NCBI GenBank assembly: GCA_043228905.1
Contig: JBHGNT010000013.1
Coordinates: forward strand, 11,656,001-11,720,000
Origin: Azolla caroliniana
Lineage: Eukaryota; Plantae; Polypodiophyta
DNA: 64,000 bases
Reading direction: 5' to 3'
Positions 26,335 to 39,269 of the stretch are shown here, piece by piece. A program made the translations under genes and the position numbers. The notes under the pieces were generated by a model. The model was not told where the DNA came from, ran no database searches, and saw only the letters and a program-made list of their open reading frames with translations. Position 1 is the stretch's first letter. Every line of letters starts with the position of its first letter.

Positions 26335-27933
26335 TTAAGGGCGGTTGCACATGAAGTGCTGGTAGACACGGCAGCGGAAGACTTTGCGGTGGGCGTGGGA
26401 GACGAAGCCGGGCATAACCATGAACTCGACGGTGGGGACGGCGGTGACGGAGCAGCGCGCGCAGCTGCCGATGGGCGGCACCGCCACCGGCTCCACGTAG
26501 AGCGGGTCCACGGGCTGGCCCCTCCCCACCCTCACGATGGTGGCCGGCGGGTTGGTCGCCGCTGCCAGCCGGTGCAGCAGGAAGGCCCATTTGGCCGCCC
26601 TCAGGAACGAGTCCATGAACCGGTCCCTCTGCGCCGCCGAGCGGAAGGCCAGCGCCGCCTCCGGCAGCAGCGCCAGCACCTCCTCGCTCTTCGCCGCCGC
26701 GTACGCGTGGAACGCCGCCTCGTACGTCGCCGAGTGCGCCCGCAGCGCCTCCGCCGGTTCCACCGCCTTCATCCGCACGTACTCCTGCAGCCGCGCCGCC
26801 GCCCTCGCCGCCGCGTCGAAGATGTGCGTCAGCCCGCTGTCGTCGAAGCTGTCGTTCTCGAAGCACCGGAACAGGGCGCTGTTGATCCGCGCCTCCAGGG
26901 CATAGCTGGCATGCACCCTGCGCAGGAAGATCGTGCTCGGCTCCATCTCCATCAGCGTGTTGATCAGCGAGTAGCCCGCCCTCACGATCTGCTGCATGTA
27001 TATCCTGCAGAAGATGTTGATCTCCCAGCGGCACCGCAGCAGCGCCGCCCCGAACATCATGGCCAGGCGATCCGCTGCCTCCGTCTCGATCGGAGGTGGA
27101 GGTGGAGATGGAGACACTCTCGGGGAAGCAGCAGACTTCCAGGAGTCCTCATCATCCCCCTCTCGATTGACTTGCTTGCCAGATTTTAACGGCGGTGGGA
27201 GCGCTTTTAGGTCTGCTGAATCGGTGGCCATGGCGCTCATCCGTTCCACCATTTCGTGTTCTTGCATCGCAACGGCCTGCTGCTGCTCCATGAGCCATTC
27301 CCACATGTCGCTAGTGTCCTGCGACTCCATGAGAGCTTCCTGCTGTGCCTTGGCTTGCTCCAGGAGCTCAGCGGCACCGAGGCCACTGAGGCGCGGGAGC
27401 GATGTCGCCCCTACCACAGATTCCTTGGTCTTGGACCAGCAAGTAAATATACCTGTGATGAGCCCGATCGCGCTCCGCCGCTTCGCATACATGACATGGT
27501 CGCCGCCGCCGTGTAAAGAAGACAGCGCCACTGTGTGGCACTGAGATGAGGCGATGCTGCCCAATGTCTGGATGGTGGCTCGAGGAGGAGGAGCACGGAC
27601 ATGGCTCATACCTCCGTCGCTGGCCGAGCGGCTCATGTGTTTGGACGCAGAGGTACTGGCGATGGCGTTTGCTAGGGGAAGCGAAGAAGGCGCGCGGCGC
27701 GCGGCGGAGGTCGCAGTGGTGCCATCGCGACGCCATCTGTCAGGGCCAGGGCCAGGGCCAGGGCCAGACTTGGCGGCGAGGAGGACCTCACGGGCGGCGA
27801 GATCAAGGTGCTGGTGGAAGCTACGGGGAGGGCTGCGGGGGCCGCCGCCTTTGCCATAGCTGTGCACGTGAATGGACTGATGATCCGAGGGGGCGTCAGG
27901 ATCGTGGCGGCGGGATGGTCTGTGCGCCGCCAT
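26335..27933 (-). CDS. GIL1/IRK-interacting protein (IRKI)-like plant protein, intronless
   Basis: 532-aa GC-rich ORF. C-terminal motifs ALEA..LF..FEND.F, FLRAAK.AFLLH.LA, I.RV..G..DP.Y.E, VEFMVMPGF..CRVY. CT-rich 5' leader. Confidence 0.8.
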   Translation of the reverse strand: MAAHRPSRRHDPDAPSDHQSIHVHSYGKGGGPRSPPRSFHQHLDLAAREVLLAAKSGPGPGPGPDRWRRDGTTATSAARRAPSSLPLANAIASTSASKHMSRSASDGGMSHVRAPPPRATIQTLGSIASSQCHTVALSSLHGGGDHVMYAKRRSAIGLITGIFTCWSKTKESVVGATSLPRLSGLGAAELLEQAKAQQEALMESQDTSDMWEWLMEQQQAVAMQEHEMVERMSAMATDSADLKALPPPLKSGKQVNREGDDEDSWKSAASPRVSPSPPPPPIETEAADRLAMMFGAALLRCRWEINIFCRIYMQQIVRAGYSLINTLMEMEPSTIFLRRVHASYALEARINSALFRCFENDSFDDSGLTHIFDAAARAAARLQEYVRMKAVEPAEALRAHSATYEAAFHAYAAAKSEEVLALLPEAALAFRSAAQRDRFMDSFLRAAKWAFLLHRLAAATNPPATIVRVGRGQPVDPLYVEPVAVPPIGSCARCSVTAVPTVEFMVMPGFVSHAHRKVFRCRVYQHFMCNRP

Positions 27934-28324
27934 GTAAATGGCGCAATGGCGGGGCGAGAGATATGGATGGATGAGAGTGAGAAGCGCCGGGACACACAGA
28001 AGAGGAGGGGGGGAGGAGGGTAGATCAGATTAGCTAAAAGGCTATAAAAGCTGTATAGGCTGTATGTAGCAGCTGCTGCTAGTTTGGGGGGCGGCGGAAA
28101 GAGATGATGAGTGAGGAGGAAGAGGAGGAGGAGGAGGATGTTTGTTGGTTAAGAAGGAAGAAGAAATAAGGAAGAAGAAGAGAGACAAAGACACAGAAAG
28201 AGAGAGAGAGAGAGAGAGATGGACACGGTCATTATGATGGGACAAGACGAGACTGGATTGGACGGGACGGGACGGGACCGACTGGAAAGAGAGAGAGAAG
28301 AAGAAAAAGGAACCAAAACGAAGG

Positions 28325-28363
<39 letters not shown>

Positions 28364-31300
28364 AGTTAAGGTGGTGGTTAAGATTCAAGAACCCTCCTTT
28401 TTTTAAGGAGCACTGCCAAATAAATGGTGGAAGGTCCATAGATTAGATTAAGCCACCACCGCTAAGAGAAGATGTCTGTGTGTTGTTTTGCCTTCTTCTC
28501 TCCTACTACTTACTTAGTACTTACCATTTTTATATGTGGGTTACTATAGTCAGTCCCTCTCAAAATTCCTTTTCTCTTTTTGCATGAGAGTCATATCCAA
28601 TTGTGATTATATATGTATGTATGTATGTATGTGAAGGGAGTACTTGCCTTGAATCATGGAATGTGTTGGTCTCTCAAAAAACCCTTGGTCTTTGCATGAA
28701 AACCATTCCCCATCGTGAAGAGATGGATTGGCTCTCCCAACGTCATTGATCCCTTTGCATCCCTCCCACACAACAAACAACATACATACATACATACATA
28801 CATACATACATAATCCATACAGCAAAATAAACTACCCAACCGTGTTCAGAAGTTACATAACCTGTAATGGAACTTTTATTGTTTGCATTGATTTTAATTG
28901 ATACATTCCTTTAGCAATGACTTTGTTCCCCCTTATCACGCCCTCCCGGCTTCCTTTAAGTATTGTTTTCATACTAGAATCTTCCCCTGATAATTGCATG
29001 CTTGAGGCTACCAACAATATGTCCATAAAGAATTATGGATGTCATATCTAGATGTCGATCTCCTCAAAGAATCACCTTGAGCATGAACAAAACTTGTGAT
29101 AATGATGTCCATATGCATCGGGCTCGATATGATAATAATGTCTCTTGTCACAAGTATGTCTATGGATCATTACTCCAATGACAATATTCATGGGTGCTTT
29201 CAGAATGCCACTTTCTTAAACCGTACATGCATGATTTGTCAACGAACGTAGTTGTAATGAGCTTTTACAATTTTGCATAATCAAGCCATTTGGCATTAGC
29301 CACTATATGTATGACAAATTAAAAACCTAGGTAGTAGTTTCAACTCTTCATAGTTTTTGTATAATCAAGTACAAGCACAAAAAATATATGTATATAAATC
29401 CTTTTACCTACTTCATTCACACTTGTGGACAATGCTGGTGTGTAATACACAAACATCCATTCTGGTCTCACTATGTAATATGTTTTACCTTCTTATGTTT
29501 ACATTACCAAAGGTTGTGAATCGTGATTCTATAAACATAGATAAGAGTGGACATTTCAAAGTCCACTTGGTAGGTCCTCCCTCAAGATCTTTGTAGATTA
29601 AACTTGTAAATATTCTTGTAAATCCATAACAAAGGATATGCCTTTGGGAAGAAAAAACATCATTATGTTTTGGGGAATTGGATGTACATTCAAGAAATCT
29701 ATGAAACCTTGAATTCTTCTCAATTTTAGGGATGATCTAGATTTGCGCAAATTCATGAGGGAAGAGTCGGGATCCCTCTTAGGGGTATTCGTCTAGATTA
29801 GACGTCGTCTTCATTTCAAGTGTTTCAGTACTTTGTATTGCTGTTATATGTTTCTCGCTCAAGAAATTGATTGATTTTGACTATTACAATCCATAACGAT
29901 TGGACCGATAGATGATTAAAACACCTCTACAAAGAGTACATACAAAGAAGTCATTGCGAGCTAGACGACTCGAGAGAGAAGCAACAAATCATTGCTTAAT
30001 ATAGGAGGAGAAATAGCGGTACAAATCATTAAACATTAGAAATCATTACATGGATGAGGAAGAGAGAAAATGGAAATAGAAATATTCCTAAATTTCAACA
30101 CAAACTAAATACAACATTAATTTCCACGAACCCTAGCTGCAGTAGTGCTTTCGGACCTCGGTCTATATATGATGTCTACCAACACTTTCCTCCTAGAACA
30201 ATGGGAGTGAGAAACTAATCATGGATAGAAGTCTCTAGGGAGAGAGGAGTAGCAAACCAATAAATGATAAACAAATCATTACATGAAAGAGAGGGGAGAG
30301 AAAGGTACAAGTCTTAAATAACTAAAATCGTTTACATAGATATTAAAGCAAGCAAAACACCCAACAAAGATAATCCATGTTTTCTCTCCAAGAGAATTAG
30401 CTAAGTACATAGACTAATGGCATGGTATGGATAAAAACGACTTTATTATTTCACTTTCCATAAACCCAATGCGAACTCATGTTAACTAACACCGAAATAA
30501 CACTTTTCACCTAAAGAATTACACATGCACTTTCCTCGAACTAAGGTTTGAAAACATTACCATCACCATAGGTGATGCTAACCAATGTAGTTCGTTAACT
30601 TTGTAGCTTTGTCATGTCAAATTATGTAATAAATGCATGATCTAAAAGGTCGATAACCTTTATATTTTACTTAACATATATGTGGCTGTCATGCTTGTTA
30701 AGCTACACTGTCCACGTCATTGTTGTTTCTAATATTTTTATTTCAAAATGCTTGGTAAAGTTGGCTATCGTTGTCCATCGATCCATGGTTATCATCTAAA
30801 GATAGAGAAAGTGCAACTCCGCCACTTGTTACTGAGGGCTTGCTTTATGAACACCCACACAAGGATAATTGAAAACGGGGATCTTGTGACTACACTAGGT
30901 CTATACAGTTGAGAGCATTGGACATCGTCAACATTGTTGAAGGTCGATATCCAAATCTTACATCCATTTGTTTATCTTTGATATTTCAACCACCATTTGT
31001 CTATGCCTTGTCTTTCTATGTACATGATTAGGTGTCCATGGAACCAGGTAACAACATGCATAGTAGTAGAAAGCCCAATGTCTTTCTCCTAATATTGATA
31101 TGGAAGCATGCATCATTGCCATCAAATTCCACTTTGAGTTATGTTGTCTTCTAAATTGTTGCCTTGGGAATAAAAAAATATCATTGCAAATTGCATTGCC
31201 AATCCTAAAGAGGCGAGGCGATGACTTCATAACCATGCATATTAAACAAGCTTTCCATAAAATAACTCTAATCGATAATAATATTTGAAATCAATTTCTC

Positions 31301-32262
31301 AAAATCCTTGATGACCAATTTCCTTCATTTTTTCTAGCTTTCTCAAAACATCTCAAAGTTTTATCTATAATTTCTATCCTTTCATGCACAAAAGTTTAAC
31401 TCGAAGAACAATTGAGTAATAATAATGATGATAACATCACAATATTCTATATATGTGTTACATTAGACAAACTTATACACAAAATACTTTTAACAAAAAT
31501 TGCTCATGCTCCATGGGCTTGCAAATGCGGTTGATGGCTTTTTTAGTGTTCCATAATAGTGGAGTGTGCACATGCCTAATCGAGATCCTATTGTCTAAAT
31601 AAATGGAATGTTTTTAGTGGGGCATGCTCATATTAATTGATGAACGCGTTGTTAATTGCTTAGAACATATATTGTGTTCGAGTAAAAACATCTTTAAACA
31701 AGATCGTTATACATCATATGCGAGATTTTACACATATCCCCACAAATGATTCCTACATATCCATTAGTGCACATCTAAAACTCAAGTATATAAACATGGT
31801 GGTGTAGCGATAAAGGTTTGTGGTTTGCAACATTAAGATCATCGCTTGATCAATGTGCATGATGTTAATTTTGTTATAAATGCCATTCATATATTTAGTT
31901 GCGCTTTTACGATATTGGCGCTGGTCTTTTTAAGGAGTGAAAATGATAGCATCGAAGGTGATGCATAGGGAACTAGGATGGGACTTTCATGAGCTTGAGT
32001 TTGACATTTTTCCCCACAACAAGGCGAAGTGAAAACAATAGCATGGCCTAGTAAATCCGCAATAAGGCAACAAAAAAAGACGATGCGTGTGGGTGGTCCT
32101 TCCCTAGGAGAATTTAGTGACCCCTTAGATATGTACAAAAGATATTGTGGAAAATGTAAGATGGAAAGTGAAAAGACAAAAAAGATACATATACCATGTT
32201 GGAACTAGGGAATGAAAAAGTAGGAAATAAAAAAATGGTATGACAAAGCTTAATAGGAAAAT

Positions 32263-32343
32263 CGACAGCTGCAGGATTCGAACCTGCGAGGGCGAACCCA
32301 TTTGATTTCGAGTCAAACGCCTTAACCACTCGGCCAAACTGTC
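32263..32343 (-). tRNA. tRNA-Ser(CGA)
   Basis: GACAGTT/AGCTGTC acceptor stem, A box TGGCCGAGTGG, anticodon arm TTTGA-CTCGAAA-TCAAA, long variable arm, GGTTCGAATCC B box, TTTT downstream. Confidence 0.95.
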
Positions 32344-33851
32344 TTATTTAATGTAAAACACTCAATTTATATATAATATATATTTTAGATACACTACAAT
32401 TTCTATGAATATAATGGGGCTAGCAAATTGCAATGAATGTGGCACCTACCAAATCCAAAAGTCACCAACAAATAGTGGACTCTCAAGAGGAAGAAATTTT
32501 GAGTTGTCAATACTTTCAAATACCTTGGAATCAACAAACTTGGTCAACACATTGGACACTTGCTTAACCAGGATAATGGAATTTGACACAAGCTAGTGCA
32601 ATGAGTTTGGGAACACATGCCACTTGAGCCGAACTGAACGATGGAAATGATAATGCATTCATGTGTAAAGCTAGCTTTGCTACATGGAAATGTGGTTTGG
32701 GGGGATATATCAATGAGCTTATGGAATTCCAAACGAGAAAAATGTAAAATAAAATTTGGTACTACTATTAGGGGTTAGAGGCCACATACAAATCCATACT
32801 CTAAAATGCTTTAAAAATGAGGAAGGGGGCCAATGGACTTTTATACCCTTCATAGAGGTTTACAAATACGCATTGAAAGTGAGTACAATGCCTCAAATTC
32901 ATCTCCCTCAAAGTTGATGCCATATGAGAAATTGGATTGCTTACAAGTTACAATATGAAAACAACAAAATGAATAGAGTTTCAGCCAATGGCGTCCAAGT
33001 CATCAAACTACAGGATGGCATGTTGAGGAATATTTGGATTTGCACACAACGGGATGCGAGAACAAGATAACCCTTCACATGAAATGGGGAATAACCCCAA
33101 CATAGATCTATGTTCTAGTACTTTCCACCTACATTAATATGAAGGTATGTTTGTTGATTCCCAAAACCACATTTGGACACAAAATGTCCAAGACTAGGGC
33201 AAGACACCATTGTTATGCACATGTCACCCCATAAAAAAATCAAAATTAAGATCTGACAAAAAATTGGATGGAAGTATTTTAGACATTGCAAGGAGCCCAA
33301 GAACTCAACATTTGCTCTAACTCTAATCTATGGATTGCTTTGGATTGAGTAAAAATTGAAATTTTTTGAGAAGCTACATGCAATTTGGATATATTTGGAA
33401 TTTGCATTTAATATACTATGGCTAATTGTGCGATAGAGGAAATTCGTCAATTATCAAATGGATGTGAAACAATAAACCAATGAAGTTCAAGTGGAAGATT
33501 GAAGAAAAAATTTGTCAATTTGAAAGGATTTAGCTACATTGGAGAAATTTAATGTGTATGTCAAATGCAATATTTCTTGTTAAAGAATTAGATATATTAG
33601 AGAATATAATTTTGCAAATGGCTAATAGATATTGTATGGATTGAAGAGTTAGCTACTTGTAACAAAACGTGATGTGTTCAAAAAACATTAAAGATGGTAG
33701 AACCTTAATTATTTCTATTGTTTAACTTCTCTAGTTGTACTAGCAAGCTATTGCAAAAACCAATTCTCTTTTGGTCTCATATGGTTGTGAGGTTTATATT
33801 GTTTAGCCAACCCCCTAATTTTCCATTGGCATTTTTGTGGCTTTATGGTAT

Positions 33852-35436
33852 TGTGGTGTGCATGTGCTCCTTTGTGCCACCCTTTTAGCTCATCCTTTTT
33901 AGGATGCACATACCCAAGTTGACCCACCCTTTTAGCACACCCTTTTTAGCCAAGCCAACCCAAATGGGTTCCGTTGTATCAACTATAAATTGATTAAGAA
34001 GTAAGAAGCTAAATAGGTTGGTTTTGATCTCTTATGTGCATTTCACATATTGGTGGAGATGACGGGCACCAGCCCCCACATCCAAGCATCCACCTCTTCC
34101 GCTTCGTAGGTAGCATCGCCCTCGCCACCGTCACTGACACTCTTGTTAGTCTCTTGTAGTAGTATCTCTTCCATTAGCACCACCTTAGTTCACTAGTTAG
34201 GCCTCCCGACATCCATCGCTTCCTCCATCCAAGTCTTTTTTTAGCGATCACCATCTATACCTCTCTAGCACACAAGCCCACTACACCTTCACCTTAGACA
34301 CTCTCACTTTCTCACACCACTTTATGTCTTGCCCCACCAACTCTTCCCCCTCACCTTAGGTTGCCCACTAACTTCTTGTCCCATGAGTTTCTCCGATCCC
34401 CCTCCTACACGATAGCCCTCCTGTCCCCTACCTCAGCCAAGTCCAGGTGGCCCTTAGTCCACAAGAGTGATTGATCTTTCTTTGCCAAATGATCTTTTCC
34501 CTGATCCCCCTCTGACACGATAACCCTCTTGTCCCCCACCTTAGCCAAGTCCAGGTGGCCCTCAATCCACAAGAGCGATTGATCTTCGCCGCCATATGAT
34601 CTTTCCTCGATCCCCCTCCAACACGATAGCCCTCTTGTCCCCCACCTTAGCCAAGTCCAGGTATGATCTTTCCTCGATCCCCCTCCAACACGATAGCCCT
34701 CTTGTCCCCCACCTTAGCCAAGTCCAGGTGGCCCTCAGTCCACAAGAGCGATTGATCTTCGCCGCCATATGATCTTTCTTCGATCCACCTCCGACACGAT
34801 AGCCCTCCTATTCCCCACCTCAGCAAAGTCCAGGTGGCCCTCAGTCCACAAGAGTGATTGATCTCTATTCGCCAATTGATAGCTCGTTTTTCGTCACTAG
34901 CCCCATCCAACTATCAAGGCCAACAGTTCCACAGGGATGTCCTCAACGTCGTTGCAACTCAACTACGTGTCCGTAGATGTTTACATCCCCACGCCATCTT
35001 CACCAAACACCTCAACAAGACCCTCAAACATGAGATGGCTGCATAAATCAACCCTTTTCGAGCACTCTATGGGCGTAACCCTCGCCTCACACTAGAATCA
35101 TCCATGGATTTCCATTTGAAACTTGCCATCAGATGCTCCCCCTCCTTCGACAAGCCATTGTTCTTGTTCTTGTTCTTGTTCATGTATCTGTCCTGTTCTT
35201 GTTCATGCCCCTCAATCTCTTGTTTCTCGCAGGGGGGAAATGTGGTGTGCATGTGTTCCTTTGTGCCACCCTTTTAGCTCACCCTTTTTAGGATGCATGT
35301 ACCCAAGTTGACCCACCCTTTTAGCACACCCTTTTTAGCCAAGCCAACCCAAATGGGTTCCGTTGTATCAACTATAAATTGATTAAGAAGTAAGAAGCTA
35401 AGTAGGCTGGTTTTGATCTCTTATGTGCATTTCACA
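33852..35436 (+). mobile_element. TRIM-like non-autonomous LTR element
   Basis: 196-bp near-identical LTRs at 33852-34047 and 35241-35436 (TG..CA). PBS TGGTGGAGATG (tRNA-Ala-like), PPT AGGGGGGAAA, non-coding interior with tandem repeats at 34390-34865. Confidence 0.85.
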
Positions 35437-35592
35437 ATATAATAGGTGCAATTTTTTTTGAGTGTTCTTGCAAACCAAATTATCCCACAAACTACTTTCC
35501 AACATTGTTGAGCTTGCAAGGAGGTGGTTGCGCTTCCCAAAACTATAGAGGCATTACCTCTACACTATGACAAGGGTCACCATTATGGGAGT

Positions 35593-38500
35593 TGTTAATT
35601 GCTATACATGATGGTTCAAATTTCCCTATATACATAATGGTTCAAGTTGGGCGTTGTGAGTTTGCCCCACATGACATGAGGAGTTGGTGTTGTGCAAGGT
35701 GGTCTACCTTTCTTCCTCATCTTCTTCTTGTCACATATCTTTGTTGTTTGTTGTACACATCTTACCTTGCAGGTCCTCCTCCTCCTCCTCCTCCTCCTCA
35801 TCATCATCATCTGTTGCCCACCATCATATCTCCAACAAGTGGTATCAAAGCGACCTTGTTGTCCAGCAACAACGAAAAGCAGAAAATACTGAGAAAGGAA
35901 GCTATCCGGATGAAAGAAAAGACCAAGCTAGTAAAATCTACTTTCCAGAAAATGGTGACACGGTCCAACACAAATGTGGAATTTCAGAAGTTTGATGGAA
36001 AGAACTTCTCCCTTTGGAAAGAGATGATGCATGATGTACTCATCATCCGATGTCAAATCAAGGTTATACGACACAACAACAAACCAACCTCGATGACATC
36101 AAAAGAATGGCGTTCACTGGACGAGATATCCAGGTCAACCATTCAAATGCATCTGGCCAAGAACATCTATTTCAACATGTCAAAGGAGACGATTGCATTC
36201 TCTTTGTGGGAAAACCTACAGGAGGTTTACAAGAAGAAATCCTCCTCATCAAAGATGATACTGATTTGACAATTATTCAACATGAAGATGAGAGAGACAC
36301 ATCCAACAACCTCCCACATCAACACCTTCTGTTGGGTGTTATCTAAACTCTCCTCCCAAGGGATCAAATTCGAAGAAGAAGTTAACGCCCTTGCCCTCCT
36401 TTCGAGCCTACCGGCAAGTTGGGAGGTATTTTGCATGACTTTTGCCAATAGTTGTTTGAATCTAAATCTAGATGAGACGATCGGTCAAGTCCTCATCGAG
36501 GATATTCGGCAAAAATCAATGAGACTCACTATTGATGAGTCGGTAGAAGCCCACCACTCAACCGAGTCGATCGGGTGATCCAGTCGATCAAGAGAACTGG
36601 TCGAAACTCCAGTCGACCAAGAAAGAGGGGAAACCGACACTGGTCGAAGTCGAGGAATAGTCGATCAAGTGATTTCTGCACCCACTATAGAAATGCTGGT
36701 CACAATGTTTCCGACAACTAGTCAATCAAGAGGAAGGAGAACGATCGATGATTCGAGCAGAAGTTAGGACGATCCGACTCAAAACGTTCTCCAATTGGCA
36801 ACCAAATCAATGTTGGTGACTCCCGATCAAGAGAAATCCTCTCTCTAGAGGACTCAATGATCAGAGAAGTCCTCCACAGTGCGCAAGACGTACAAACGTG
36901 ACTACTAGACTTTGGTGCCACCTTTCACGTGACCCCAAATATAGAATGGCTTTCAAACTATTCGGCCGGAGTTAACGACACAGTCTGATTAGGCAACATG
37001 TAGGAGTGTGCAGTTGATGGGATCAGAGAGGTTCCCATCCAATTGCCAAATGGCAATACTATCACCCTACACCAAGTTCGACATGTACTCACACTAAAGA
37101 GGAGTCTGGTCTCCATCGGCATGTTAGTCGAAGCCGAGTACAAAACAATTCTCAATGAGTCATCATGGATGATCAGCCGAGGGAATATGAAAATTAGATG
37201 TGGATACAAGTACAATAACTTGTATCGGTTGATGGCGATCAGTTCAGAAGGGGCCGTGAACATAGTCGAATTGCGGGACTCAAACCTATGGCATGGCAGA
37301 CTAGGCCATATGTCTCAAGCCGGACTAGACCGGTTGATGGCGATTAGCTACATCCTGAAGCTCTAGACAAAGACAGACTTCTGTGAGTATTGTCATTACG
37401 GGAAATACACTGGAAGTCTGCACTCTCTCCATTACGAGACAATACAACAGCCACTAGAGCTCATACATATAGATATATGTGGGCCTATGCCCGAGCAATC
37501 ACTAGTAGGCTCCTGGTACTTCATCACATTCGTTGATGACTGTACTCAGAAAGTTTGGGCCTATTCAATTAGGTCGAAAGACGAAGCACTCGAAGTCTTC
37601 ACCCGGTGATTAGCCGAAATGGAGAACCAATCAGGATACAAAGTGAAGACACTTCGATCCGACAATGGAGGCGAATATACCTCGTGAGTTTACAAGCAGT
37701 ACCTATCTAACAAAGGGATTCGGCACCAAAATATCGTTCCTTACACACCCATGCAGAATGGCATGGTGGAACGGATCAACCGAACGATCCAGGAGAGGGT
37801 GACAACAATGCTCCAACACTCCCGACTAAAGCTGGAATTCTGGGCCGAAGCATTGTAGACGGCAATCTACCTGATAAATTTATCGCCGTCCAAAACAATC
37901 AGGCTCAAAGTGCCACAGGCACTATGGTCAGGCAAGTAGCCGACCTATAACAGGTTCCGTATATTTGGATGCAAAGCCTATGCATTGATCCCCAGGGAGA
38001 AAAGGACCAAGTTGGTGCCCCATGCAACAAAGTGCATATTCTTTGATTATGGAACCAATGGGGAATTCGACCACAAGCTATGGGATCCCGAGAACCGGAA
38101 ATTGATCCGGAGTAGTGACGTGGTCTTCAATGAAGACTCAATTCTCTCTAAATGGAACTAGCTGAAAATATTCGGCAAAAAGGTTTCCTTCGAAATTGAC
38201 AGAGATGTTGTAGAAGGACCAACCCACCGGCCTGAATCGGAAACTCGACAAAAAATTGAAGAAAACTAAGACAACGATCCCTTTGCCGAATCCGAGTTGG
38301 CAAGAGGTCCACTAGTCGAAATAGATTCGACCAAGAGATGGACAAGAGGTGAAAGAGACAGAGTCAAAATGACAAACTCACCCAAATAGGCCAAGGTACC
38401 GAAAGGTCGCACAGAACCGACCAAGGCACCAACCAATCCGTCAATCAATCCTGAAGAAGGGGAAGATGACTCAACATCGTCAAAATCCTATTGTAGGGGC

Positions 38501-39060
38501 GAATCATCTAGAAGGACTCCTGAGGACAATTCAAGAAATATCAATCAACCAACAAAGATGATCGAAGAATCCGAACCGAACACATCGGCACTCAAGAGAT
38601 CTGGACGAGTTCGAAGGCCGACAGAGTTCTATCAACTGGGCCTTGACTATATCAATTGCATGGATGCAGGAGAACCAAGCTCTTATGAGGAAGCTATAGT
38701 CGTGCCGGATGCTGACACATAGCGACAAGCCATGAAATCCTAAATGGACTCAATTCATCAAAATCAAACATCAGAGCTGGTCGAATTACTAGTTGGAAGG
38801 AAGCCACTACCTTGCAAATGGGTCTTCAGTTACAAATATGTATCTGACTCAGAGAAGCCCAAATACAAAGCTTGGCTCATCGCAAAGGGATTCAAACAAG
38901 AACATGGGGTCGACTACGACGAGATATTCTCACCAATAGTCAAGGTGACCACCCTTTGACTTCTACTTGGGGTCGTGGCGACTGAAGACCTAGAGCTCGA
39001 GTAGCTGGACGTCAAGATGACATTCCTACACGAAGATATGGAAGAAGACATCTACATGTC
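35593..39060 (+). mobile_element. 3'-truncated degenerate Ty1/Copia: 5' LTR 35593-35837, PBS-Met, gag-pol
   Basis: PBS TGGTATCAAAGC at 35840. Motifs KFDGKNFSLWK, LLSSLPASW, LWHGRLGH, SDNGGEY and RT start KWVF..KGFKQEHGVDY. Confidence 0.85.
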
Positions 39061-39269
39061 TTCTTTCAACTAGCAAGGGTTGCCCCATGGTTTTTAAAAC
39101 ACCATAGTGTTACCATAGTTATCAGATCTCGAATCACATCTCATATGTCTAGAGGGGTAAAGACGTGAGATGGTTTCTTGGTAAAGTTCTTACAATAAAA
39201 ATTTCAAGCATTCATTTTGCTTGCGTATTTTTTGAACCTCCTTATTTATATTGCATACCCACAGATTGC

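Noticed and set aside
26138-27995. Overlapping alternative-frame and antisense ORFs (298 aa etc.)
   Set aside because: Shadow ORFs caused by the high GC of the GIL1/IRKI-like gene.
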